A DNA stretch of 64,000 nt. Source: Candidatus Poribacteria bacterium (GTDB taxonomy: Bacteria; Poribacteria; WGA-4E; WGA-3G). The stretch is taken from NCBI GenBank assembly GCA_964291315.2, contig OZ219753.1, positions 1,760,001 to 1,824,000 on the forward strand, written 5' to 3'. This document shows, piece by piece, positions 31,229 to 40,461 of this stretch (within the stretch, counting starts at the first letter, position 1; every line of letters starts with the position of its first letter). Both the position numbers and the translations under genes were made by a program. Below the pieces are notes generated by a model that saw nothing but the letters and a program-made list of their open reading frames with translations, was not told where the DNA came from and did no database searches.

Positions 31229-31849
31229 ATGAAAAAATTGATCGTTTTACTAACAGCCAGCTTAATGTTCACACTTCTGAACCTCGGACACGCACAAAAT
31301 GCAGACTTTGATGCACTGAGCGCATCCGACATCAATACCGACGGCATTGTCAACATCCTCGACCTAACACTCATTGCTACACAATTTAACCAGACCGCCA
31401 TTGAAACTCAACAACCCAACCCAGACATCAATAGAGATGGCGTTATCGACATTCTTGACTTAACACTCGCGGCAAGCCATTTCGGGAGAAAATCAGGGTT
31501 CCCTTTTGAAGTCACAGACGCAAACTTTGATGAGATCGTCTTAGATGCTGAACTTCCAACTGTAGTGGAATTTAAATCTGACTCCTGTGGATTCTGCCTA
31601 CTGATGAAACCCACCGTTGCAGCAGTGGCACTGCAATACCGAGAAACCTTCAAGATCGTCAAGCTGGACGTAGATACCCAATCCGAAAAAACAGCTGAAT
31701 ATCAAATTTCGGGAACCCCCACTTATATCGTGTTTAAAGAAGGCGAAGTTATAAAAAGGTTTGCCGGGGCAATGTCCCGCCCCAAACTGGCTCAACAAAT
31801 CCTCGAAGCCTTAGACATCGAAAATACCGATGAAAACGGACAAAACTAA
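31229..31849 (+). CDS. secreted dockerin-like + thioredoxin protein (CGFC)
   Basis: Signal peptide, two DINxDGxVxILDL repeats, VVEF..SCGFC, GTPT cis-Pro loop. Confidence 0.85.
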   Translation: MKKLIVLLTASLMFTLLNLGHAQNADFDALSASDINTDGIVNILDLTLIATQFNQTAIETQQPNPDINRDGVIDILDLTLAASHFGRKSGFPFEVTDANFDEIVLDAELPTVVEFKSDSCGFCLLMKPTVAAVALQYRETFKIVKLDVDTQSEKTAEYQISGTPTYIVFKEGEVIKRFAGAMSRPKLAQQILEALDIENTDENGQN

Positions 31850-31874
31850 CCAATTTGATAAAAGGAGAAAATAG

Positions 31875-33254
31875 ATGAAGAAGCAGATGTGCTTGCTGCT
31901 AATACTAACGCTAACGCTCGGGGGGCTGACAGCAAGTTATGCCGAAGATAAACCCGCAGATACGCTAAAGGCAGCGGATGTTAATGCCGACGGCATAATA
32001 AACATCTTGGATTTGACGCTCGTCGCCTCACATTTCGGCAAAGCTATTGACGCAGAGCAGATACCCAATCCAGATGTGAACGCCGACGGAATCGTCTCTA
32101 TCCTCGACTTGGTCATCGTTGCAGAACATACCGGTAAAACCGTTCGCATGCCCGCGACGTTTGTTAGCGCAGTACCAGCAGCCGAGTCTCAACTTGAGGT
32201 CAACGACACCCTTACACTTACCTTCGATAACACACCAGAGGCGGTTACTGTCAGCGCAGGCAACGCTACAATTACTGATAATACAGTAACAATCACAGGA
32301 CCCTTCGATACAGGAAACCTCACTTTAACAATCACTTGGACAGACGGAACCCAAACGCTTGATTACAACGTCCGTGCGCCAGCGACGTTCATTAAGGCAG
32401 ACCCAATCAGTGGTGCAACGGTTGAGGTCAACGACACCCTTACATTTACCTTCGATAACACACCAGAGGCGGTTACTGTCAACGTAGGAACCGCTACAAT
32501 TACTGATAATACAGTAACAATCACAGGACCCTTCGATACAGGAAACCTCAACTTGACGGTCAATTGGTCAGATGGCTCCCAAACACTTACTTATCTTATC
32601 CGGACACCAGATACGGAAGCGCCCACTATCACCGTTGGTACCGTCACGGACGGAGACCAAGATGTTGATCCCAAAACAATTAACGGCACCGGGCAGATCG
32701 AAGTTATATTCAGCGAAGCAGTAACCGGCAATATCACACTACAAACCGCAGCAGGCAACGATGTCGGTTGGACAGGCACCGTCCAAGACAAAAAAGGCAC
32801 GCTTGAACGCGCCAAAGGCGAAGCACTTGATAACGAAACTACCTACGTTATCACCGGGACAATAAGCGACGCTGCAGGCAACAAAACCGACTTCAATATT
32901 ACCTTTGAAACTGCCAGCAAAACATCCGGAATCCCTTTTGATGTTAACGATGTAAACTTCGATACACTCGTGCTCGGCTCAGATATACCCACCGTGGTCG
33001 AGTTTTACACGGACTGGTGACCGGCTTGTAAGCAGATGGCGCCAGTTGTCGCCAAAGTTGCCATGGAAAACCGGAATACATTTGCTGTCGCGAAACTTAA
33101 CATGGATGTGAGTAGGAAAACGGTCGGAAAATATAACGTTAGGAACCGGCCTACGTATATCGTGTTTCAGAATGGAAAGGCTGTTAAAAGTTTTTCAGGT
33201 GTGATGCAGAAAGCTACGCTAGTTAAAAATATTCTCGACGCGATAAACAATTGA
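31875..33254 (+). CDS. secreted dockerin-like + Ig-like repeats + thioredoxin, probable selenoprotein (W-U-P-A-C, UGA at 33018-33020)
   Basis: ORFs 31875..33020 and 33036..33254 are in frame; read-through gives VVEFYTDW-U-PACKQMAP, aligning with VVEFKSDSCGFCLLMKP of the upstream paralogue. Confidence 0.8.
32194..32550 (+). repeat. 228-bp-period internal duplication encoding two Ig-like modules
   Basis: ttgaggtcaacgacacccttaca...ggacccttcgatacaggaaacctca near-identical starting at 32194 and 32422. Confidence 0.85.
33037..33054 (+). promoter_or_regulatory. candidate bacterial SECIS hairpin
   Basis: TGGCG-C-C-AGTT-G-T-CGCCA; apical loop AGTT follows 23 nt of sequence after the UGA and has G in loop position 2. 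Confidence 0.5.
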
Positions 33255-33265
33255 TGTCCCGCTTT

Positions 33266-33291
33266 TAGGTGCGGTTTCCCAACCGCACCTA
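33266..33291. terminator. hairpin between convergent genes (bidirectional terminator or REP-like)
   Basis: taggtgcggtt-tccc-aaccgcaccta perfect 11-bp stem with T-rich flanks. Confidence 0.65.
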
Positions 33292-33306
33292 TCAATTTCT
33301 TTTCCC

Positions 33307-35199
33307 CTACAACCGCTCCCGGTGATAGAACCACCACTCCACAAACAAAACAACCAAAGCGAGTAGCACCGGTAGCCGCCACACCTCTTGTGCCACCGGT
33401 TGCAAATCGGTGGCAAATGCCCTCAAGGCATCTTCCTGATCTGTGAGCACAGAATGTGTAAGCGCCGATTCCGCAGCATCAAGTAGATTCACCGTAAACC
33501 GATCCAACTGTCTACCATCAACCGCAAAAAACGTGTAGACACCTACCTGATCCGTCTCGCTAAATAGAGAAGTGTTCAACGGAACCCTCGTCCCATCCGG
33601 CTTTTGTACATAAACGCGAGTCCCTTCACTTTTGAACGCAACGTTCACCTGCTCTCCCGTTCGAAACGCGTGTCGAGTCTGACCCTCTTGAAACGTGAGC
33701 GGTTGCAACCTCGCAGTCCCTGATTCAAGCCACGCCAAGCACCGATAGACAAACAGAGGCCCTGCCGGTATGGAAACCGCGAAAGCAGAGATTTCTGGAT
33801 TGAAAGCGTCAAACTCGAAAACAAGGAATAGCGTACCCGCTTCTTCGCCAAGCCAGATTAACGCACCCCGCTCCGTTTCAACGACGGAATGCCCCCACAA
33901 CGGCAGGTCCCGGTACGTAGATTCACGCACATGTAAACCTTGTAGAGAAACATCTGCCATCAGCGGATGCGCAGCATCTGTTTTGATAACACGAGCAGGG
34001 CCACTCGCGGCAGCCGCACCAGCCACAAAGGGCAGAACGCCGCCGGGATTGATAAAAACCAAACACGTCCGAGGAGCAATCTCAAAAGCACCCCCAAACG
34101 CCTCACGACCCGCAAGCGTGCTACCGTCAAAAATCGCTATATCCGCATCGCCCGTTCCGTGATAGTCCACCGGCGCAACTATACTTAAATCAACATGGTG
34201 CCCATAACTACTCAGAAGAGCAGGAAGTAAAGACCTCTGATTCTCACTGACGAGTAAGATGTTCAGAGCAGATACATCCGATAAGATCACCGAAGCTGTG
34301 TTATCAAGCCAAAAATCATCTTCTATCCCAAGATGGACGCTCATAACTTTCCCCGCTAAACCGCTCGAATCGCCTGAAAACAGCACCGATGTGGTACCTT
34401 CGGACGGAATAGTGACCGGCCTATCGTCGAGAGGTGAATTCTCTACTGCCAACTGAACGTTGAATTCTCTAGCTGTGTCCGTGAAATTTTGGACACCTAC
34501 CAACACTTCGTACCGACCTTGGACAACGTCAAGACTGAGATGAACAATACCTACGTTCTCCGCATCCGAGCCCACGGCAATTTTATGGAGCGAAATCGGA
34601 ATATCCGGCACGTTTTCAACACTATCACTAATAAAGAAGACTTTGTCTTGCGGTGAATCAGAATAACGTCTGACAACATCAAAAACAGGGGCGAGATTGC
34701 GGGGGGCATGCGTCGGCATGATATTCGCTATGGCATCACGGAGTCTTGCGGCATCAGTTGTGAAAGCCTGCTGGATATAAGTGTCAGCACCTTGTGTTAC
34801 CAGGACCATAATCCCACCGCTCGCCGTAATTCGCTCAATCTGATCAAGCGCTGCCGCCTTTGCAAGTGAAAGCCGAGTCCCTCTGTTCTCTTCTGACAAC
34901 ATGCTCGCAGAGTTATCCACGATAAGAATCGCCCTCCCGGGCATGAAGCCAGGCCTACGCAGCGCAGGGCGCGCCACACCGCAAATCAGAAGTATCAAAA
35001 AAAGCACTTGGAGAAGCGGAAGGAGTAGATTCCGAATACGCTGGAACGGGACATTGGCGCTCCGATCCTCATCAACGGATAGCCAATGTCTGATGCTCGG
35101 AACAAGGTAGGTATAGCGACGTAACTTCAGAAAGTGCAATAGCACTACGATCGGAATTACGCCCAACAGATAGAACGCAGCAGGGGCCAGAAATTGCAT
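33307..35199 (-). CDS. BatA-like N-terminal / vWA domain membrane protein
   Basis: FLAP...IPIVVLLHFLK, LARP-like motif, DNSASM (MIDAS), ISD, C-terminal LFVEWW. Confidence 0.85.
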   Translation of the reverse strand: MQFLAPAAFYLLGVIPIVVLLHFLKLRRYTYLVPSIRHWLSVDEDRSANVPFQRIRNLLLPLLQVLFLILLICGVARPALRRPGFMPGRAILIVDNSASMLSEENRGTRLSLAKAAALDQIERITASGGIMVLVTQGADTYIQQAFTTDAARLRDAIANIMPTHAPRNLAPVFDVVRRYSDSPQDKVFFISDSVENVPDIPISLHKIAVGSDAENVGIVHLSLDVVQGRYEVLVGVQNFTDTAREFNVQLAVENSPLDDRPVTIPSEGTTSVLFSGDSSGLAGKVMSVHLGIEDDFWLDNTASVILSDVSALNILLVSENQRSLLPALLSSYGHHVDLSIVAPVDYHGTGDADIAIFDGSTLAGREAFGGAFEIAPRTCLVFINPGGVLPFVAGAAAASGPARVIKTDAAHPLMADVSLQGLHVRESTYRDLPLWGHSVVETERGALIWLGEEAGTLFLVFEFDAFNPEISAFAVSIPAGPLFVYRCLAWLESGTARLQPLTFQEGQTRHAFRTGEQVNVAFKSEGTRVYVQKPDGTRVPLNTSLFSETDQVGVYTFFAVDGRQLDRFTVNLLDAAESALTHSVLTDQEDALRAFATDLQPVAQEVWRLPVLLALVVLFVEWWFYHRERL

Positions 35200-35275
35200 C
35201 ACAGCTGTCGGTTATCAGTTTACTGTCAACAATTCCCATGATACGCAACCACCAGAAACCGACAACTGATAACCA

Positions 35276-35665
35276 CTACTCCTCTTTCTCTTTCAGGCAT
35301 TCAAGCATCTCATCGGCATCCTGCCTACCGACTTCGCCGTAATCTTGCAAACGTTCACATGCCGCTCGCACCTTCTCGGGTTCATCGAGTTCTAAGTAGA
35401 GACTTGCTAAATTCTTGTGCATCTCCCGAAACAAGCCGGGCCAATTACGCTCACCCTCCTTATCAACGATACGCGTCGCATTTGTAATAGCAGTGTTAAC
35501 GACTTCATCCAAAGCCGCTTTCTCTTTATCCGAAATGCGAAAATCCGGCTGTTGACGTTTCTCATTGTATGCCTTCAGTTGACTAAGGGCCGCATCGCAC
35601 TGGTTATATGTCTTTTCTATGCTTAACGCGCCTTCAAAAATCCTTGATAAAAATCCTAATTTCAT
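35276..35665 (-). CDS. hypothetical helical (TPR-like) protein
   Basis: ORF with GGAG RBS 5 nt before ATG 35665. Confidence 0.6.
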   Translation of the reverse strand: MKLGFLSRIFEGALSIEKTYNQCDAALSQLKAYNEKRQQPDFRISDKEKAALDEVVNTAITNATRIVDKEGERNWPGLFREMHKNLASLYLELDEPEKVRAACERLQDYGEVGRQDADEMLECLKEKEE

Positions 35666-35716
35666 AGCGTCTCCGAACAAAGTAGGGGCGATGAAGAGGG
35701 AACCCCTACCATCGTT

Positions 35717-36493
35717 TTAGAAATCTGCTTTCAGAGCACCCCATGTCACCGCCAATTTCTCCGCAGCTGCAACAGCCAGCACGCCCGGAACGCTCAATTC
35801 CATTGACGCTTTTATCTCAGCCTCAGTCAATGCCCTGGCGTATATGACGACTTCATCAATAATAGCGTCTTCTACTTTGTGGACATTCGGGTTTTCACCC
35901 GCACCAATGTAGATAGCCGCCTCTTTGAACTCGGGCCACTCAAAATTTTCTTTCTGTTCACCGATAAACTCACCGTTGACATAGATCTTGCCATCCACGC
36001 CATCAGCAACCAAAACGTAGTGATACCACTCGTCCAATTCAAACGTATAATTCGCAAGGCTCTTGTCAGCGTGATGTCCAGCATCCCAAAACGGGTTAAA
36101 ATTGGGGTTAACCATCGTCCGGAACTCACAACAACCCGCAGCAGCCGCTTCTATCGAGATAATCCCATCATAGGCAGCGTGCTCGTTCAGGAAAAACCAC
36201 GCTTCCATTGTAACCTCCGTTTTCTCACCAATCGGAACAATAAAGTCGTTCTGCTCCATTTGTACGATACCACCGTTCAAACGGATCCCGCTCTTAAAGG
36301 CCCCATCAACAAGAGAACCCTTTCCAACCAATTCAGCGTCGTTACCGTTCCCGGAATCATCAGGGACTTTATTGCCGTTCAGCTTATCAAAAGAGTAATA
36401 GACGAGGATGTCCTCTTCCTCAACAGCGTCAGAAAGACTTACACTAAACATGAAGAGGACTGAAAGCCCAATAAAGATTAAATATCGACCCAT
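35717..36493 (-). CDS. secreted LamG/concanavalin-like domain protein
   Basis: Signal peptide, YYSFD..DDSGNGND, WYHY, IYVNG, IDEVVIYARAL, C-terminal KLAVTWGALK. Confidence 0.88.
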   Translation of the reverse strand: MGRYLIFIGLSVLFMFSVSLSDAVEEEDILVYYSFDKLNGNKVPDDSGNGNDAELVGKGSLVDGAFKSGIRLNGGIVQMEQNDFIVPIGEKTEVTMEAWFFLNEHAAYDGIISIEAAAAGCCEFRTMVNPNFNPFWDAGHHADKSLANYTFELDEWYHYVLVADGVDGKIYVNGEFIGEQKENFEWPEFKEAAIYIGAGENPNVHKVEDAIIDEVVIYARALTEAEIKASMELSVPGVLAVAAAEKLAVTWGALKADF

Positions 36494-36558
36494 TTTCGTT
36501 CCTCCTAAAATGTTTTATCAGAAATGTTAACACAAATACGAAACAAGATTAACGTTTT

Positions 36559-36585
36559 TGTAGCATAGACCGGGAGTCTGTGCCT
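36559..36585. repeat. REP-like palindrome
   Basis: tgtagcatagac-cggga-gtctgtgcct. Confidence 0.7.
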
Positions 36586-36742
36586 GAATAGCGAGCCCCT
36601 CTCTATGCCTAAAACTCTATAAGTCCTACGTATTAGTATACAACAGTCGGAAAATTATAGCAATGAGAAACACCGATGGACAATTAACGGCATAGCACCC
36701 GAACGCATAATCACAAATATTTACACACCCGCTAAATTGCGT

Positions 36743-36771
36743 TTGCGAATTAGCAGGTTAAATGCTACAAT
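36743..36771 (+). promoter_or_regulatory. sigma70-type promoter, probably leaderless uppP mRNA
   Basis: TTGCGA-17-TACAAT with TG extension; ATG only 6 nt downstream and no SD. Confidence 0.45.
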
Positions 36772-36777
36772 AATATT

Positions 36778-37623
36778 ATGAGTTTTCTCGAAGCAATCCT
36801 GCTCGGTATTCTGCAGGGCTTAACCGAATTCCTACCTGTTAGCAGCTCCGGACATCTCGTCCTAGCCCAGCACTTCCTCGGACAGAAGGAACCGCTCGTT
36901 TTTTTTGATGTCATGCTTCATGTAGGCACATTGGCCGCTGTGCTCGTCGCCTATCGCGATGCAATCAGGCATTTGGCCGTCAGCGGAATCTCGAAGCTAG
37001 CAGATCCACAATTGTGGCAGCACCCAAGCACAACACTGAACACCACCCCCGAACTGAAATTTATCTGGCTAATACTGATCGGCTCCATTCCGACTGGTAT
37101 TATCGCAGTGGTATTGAAGACGCAACTAGAATCCTTTTTCGAGAAAACCAGTCTTGTTAGCATCATGCTAATCCTCACCGGCGCCATCCTTCAACTCCCC
37201 CGGCTCCGCAGAAAGAACGCAGACCGTCCCGATAATTCTGTCGAACAATTGAAATTGAAAACGTGGCACGCCCCACTCATTGGAATCGCACAAGGCTGCG
37301 CAATTACCCCCGGTATTTCTCGCTCAGGAACAACGATCTCGTTAGCGTTGTTCTTAGGAATCCCAGCAAAAACCGCAGCAGAATACTCCTTCCTCCTCTC
37401 GATCCCCGCCATTCTCGGCGCAGTTGCACTGAAAGTCCAAGATGTGGAAGGCGCAGCAATACCGTTTCATATCGTCGGCGGCGGGATGATCGCCTCATTT
37501 ACCGTCGGTTATATTGCGCTGCGACTTCTATTGGTCACGCTAAACCGAGGTAAATTCTCGCTCTTTTCATACTACTGCATCGCTTTAGGTGTCGGCTCCC
37601 TCTTAATCGCTTTAATCCAATAA
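36778..37623 (+). CDS. uppP: undecaprenyl-diphosphate phosphatase
   Basis: QGLTEFLPVSSSGHL, PGISRSGTT, AEYSFLLSIP. Confidence 0.95.
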   Translation: MSFLEAILLGILQGLTEFLPVSSSGHLVLAQHFLGQKEPLVFFDVMLHVGTLAAVLVAYRDAIRHLAVSGISKLADPQLWQHPSTTLNTTPELKFIWLILIGSIPTGIIAVVLKTQLESFFEKTSLVSIMLILTGAILQLPRLRRKNADRPDNSVEQLKLKTWHAPLIGIAQGCAITPGISRSGTTISLALFLGIPAKTAAEYSFLLSIPAILGAVALKVQDVEGAAIPFHIVGGGMIASFTVGYIALRLLLVTLNRGKFSLFSYYCIALGVGSLLIALIQ

Positions 37624-38267
37624 GTAGTAACACACCCAAGAACGCTCTTATGATAGCGCTGCACCGAGGGCACTACACCAATACTGTTTAAAATTTTACA
37701 CATCTCCTGATGATTCTGCAACGTGTTCTGTACCCATTTTTTCCCAGTGCATTTATAAATAAGACTCGCCATATACATCTGCAGCGGTTTCAGCCTGAAA
37801 CGTTTGAGATAACGAAGTGGAAACCCGAAACCGTGACCAGAGATAGCCAGGGTACCCCCGGGCTTTAAAACGCGAGCGAGCTCCGTGAGCGCGATCCTGT
37901 CATCAGGCACATGCGGCATCACGAGGAAACACGTCACAACATCAAAGGTTTCATCAGCGAAAGGTAAAACCGGAAGCACCGCGCGCATTAAGGCGGGAAC
38001 TTCAAAAAACGCCTCACTGCGCCCCTCTATTTGAGAACGCCCAAACGTCAAAAAAGTCATGTCCGCATCAACACCGATAAGGAGCTCCGGAGCATCCGAG
38101 GCAAGCGCAACAAGCAGATTCCCCGAGCCGCAGCCGACATCCAACACCCGCTTGCACGCAGCGTTAATCCCCAACGCCTCAAGCTGCCGGCGCGTCACAC
38201 CACGTTCTAACTCACGATACGCGTTCCGAATGTAAGCAACATGCCATTTTGTCAATCCGTTTTTCAT
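37572..38267 (-). CDS. class I SAM-dependent methyltransferase
   Basis: VLDVGCGSG, LPFADETFD, RVLKPGG; 3' end overlaps uppP by 52 bp. Confidence 0.85.
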   Translation of the reverse strand: MKNGLTKWHVAYIRNAYRELERGVTRRQLEALGINAACKRVLDVGCGSGNLLVALASDAPELLIGVDADMTFLTFGRSQIEGRSEAFFEVPALMRAVLPVLPFADETFDVVTCFLVMPHVPDDRIALTELARVLKPGGTLAISGHGFGFPLRYLKRFRLKPLQMYMASLIYKCTGKKWVQNTLQNHQEMCKILNSIGVVPSVQRYHKSVLGCVTTYWIKAIKREPTPKAMQ

Positions 38268-39151
38268 CTAAGCCACAATAGTGAGGAAACCCAGCTCCCA
38301 AGCCGCTGCGGTATCGTCGTAAGTTCCGATTGGAAAACCGACAACCCAGCATCATCGCTAATCGGTATACACTTGAGTTCATACAGCGGGGTGTCTAACG
38401 TGTTCCACCCTATCTCGGTTGTCCGGGCAGAACGGAATCCGCCCGCCTTTACAATCTCAATCTCCCGCGCAGTATAGTCACCGTTCGGATAACTAAAATG
38501 TGAACACTCGCGCCCCAAAAACCGTTCCAAATCGGATTTGCTCTCAAGAATCTCACGCTTACACACATTTTCCGTGCAACGCGGCAGAATAGAATGGAAT
38601 TGAGTATGCGGTTGAAAGTCAACCTGTGACACCATTTCTCTGATCTCTGCCATATTCAGCGCTTGTCGCTCGCGATATACCTTCTCAGGCTCAAAGCCAA
38701 CAGTGCTTTTGAGACATGCTAAACGTTCCCCGTCCGACAACCGTTTTAACCGCTCTTTCTCCACCTTGGACTCGACATGTCCTTTAAACCAGAAGTGCCG
38801 ATGTGTACCGATAATCTGTGTACACACATAGAACGTCGGACGCACCTGGTACTCCTTGAAAAGCCCCAAAAGTTCAAAATTGCTGCTGTGCCCATCATCA
38901 AACGTAATTACAACACTTTTCGGGGGAAGCTCTGAAAAATCATTCCGACGGATAGCCGAAACAAGCACCTCTAACGGAATAACCGTGTAGTGACGCGAGA
39001 GGTAGGCAACGTGCCTCGCGAAAACAGCACGCCTCGGGGCGTGATATAGAAGAATGCCCACCCGGTCCCGACACATCCACTCGCGAATCAGAAACGGCAA
39101 GCCCGACAAGCATACACACGCAGCTACCATCTTCTTAAGAAAACGACGCAT
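38264..39151 (-). CDS. polysaccharide deacetylase (CE4) family protein
   Basis: LLYH, ITFDDG, HTQFH, FSYPNG. Confidence 0.85.
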   Translation of the reverse strand: MRRFLKKMVAACVCLSGLPFLIREWMCRDRVGILLYHAPRRAVFARHVAYLSRHYTVIPLEVLVSAIRRNDFSELPPKSVVITFDDGHSSNFELLGLFKEYQVRPTFYVCTQIIGTHRHFWFKGHVESKVEKERLKRLSDGERLACLKSTVGFEPEKVYRERQALNMAEIREMVSQVDFQPHTQFHSILPRCTENVCKREILESKSDLERFLGRECSHFSYPNGDYTAREIEIVKAGGFRSARTTEIGWNTLDTPLYELKCIPISDDAGLSVFQSELTTIPQRLGSWVSSLLWLR

Positions 39152-39244
39152 GGATTATAATATCTCACAAAAACAGCGAAACGCATTTTATCGCGGAACC
39201 TTATCAGTCGGCTTCTTAACACACATCTAGCTGATAAAGACGCT

Positions 39245-40363
39245 TCAATCCAGCACACACAATCGCCGATACATACTTTCCAATGTCCGCATAGATGCCG
39301 CACTGTCAAACTCCCGCTGAACGGTTGCGCGAGCGTTCCTACCCAACGAAACCGAGAGATCACGGGCACTCAACACACGATGCAACGCTGTCGCTAATGC
39401 CGCTGGATCCGCTGGCGGGACCAGAATGCCGTTTTCCCCATCTTCAATAAGATCTACAACGCCACCAACAGCCGACGCTATACACGGCATACCGAGCCCC
39501 ATCGCTTCGATTAAGGCGTTCGGAGAACCTTCATGTAACGACGGCAGCACAAATACGTCCGCTGTCAAAAGTACAGCGAACACATCTTCACGGAAACCGG
39601 GAAAATCCACCCACTCCGAGATTTCACGTTGCACTGCAAGCGCACGAAGTTCTGCCTCTAATGATCCATCCCCGAGAAACACACACCGCCACGCAATCTC
39701 CTGACGCTCCAACAGACACAACGCCTCAAGCAGATACCGATGCCCTTTCTCCGAGGCAAAACGTCCAACACTTACAATTAACCTGTCACTGCTATCCCCT
39801 CGGCACCGATCTTGCCACGCTTCAACGGGGAATTCCAATAGATTCGGGATGCTAAAAATCTGTTTGCCCGGATACCGCTCACAGAGGCGACGCTGAATCC
39901 GTGTTGAATTTGTTAGGAGAATATCTGCCGTATGGTAGATAAACTTTTCTGTGAACCAGAGCCGAAACCTGCCATACCGAGCCTGGTAATCGCCGCGTTG
40001 GGAGGCGACGAACGGCACTGCCCGCCAGAAACCGAATCTGCGGGACAGACCACAGACGAAATTGGAATACCATAACCAACTATGCACAATGTCCGGTTTT
40101 ATTGACCTAACAATACCGCCCAGCGCAAACGCTTTCTCTAACAAGCGCACCCGCCTGCTCGCACCCGCCAGCGTAGATACCTCTTTGACACACGGCAGGT
40201 TAACAAGATCGGAAATACGCTCGCCCTCAGCACGACTGAGCACCACAAACACCTCATATTCCGAAGCTGATAAACCCTCCAAGGTCCTAAGGAATTGAGA
40301 CTCTGCACCATCTTTTGTCATAGAGTCGATGACATAAAGTACCCGCATAATGACTACCGGCAT
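39245..40363 (-). CDS. GT4 glycosyltransferase
   Basis: GAE, VGRF..EKGH, FVLPSLHEGSPNALIEAM. Confidence 0.9.
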   Translation of the reverse strand: MPVVIMRVLYVIDSMTKDGAESQFLRTLEGLSASEYEVFVVLSRAEGERISDLVNLPCVKEVSTLAGASRRVRLLEKAFALGGIVRSIKPDIVHSWLWYSNFVCGLSRRFGFWRAVPFVASQRGDYQARYGRFRLWFTEKFIYHTADILLTNSTRIQRRLCERYPGKQIFSIPNLLEFPVEAWQDRCRGDSSDRLIVSVGRFASEKGHRYLLEALCLLERQEIAWRCVFLGDGSLEAELRALAVQREISEWVDFPGFREDVFAVLLTADVFVLPSLHEGSPNALIEAMGLGMPCIASAVGGVVDLIEDGENGILVPPADPAALATALHRVLSARDLSVSLGRNARATVQREFDSAASMRTLESMYRRLCVLD

Positions 40364-40461
40364 TCAGCGGAACGGCGGAGCACCCAGCCCCTCTCCATCT
40401 CTATCAACACCTGCAACTCCTACAACGCTTTGAGGCCCACTGATAGCAGAGCCGATGCCGA

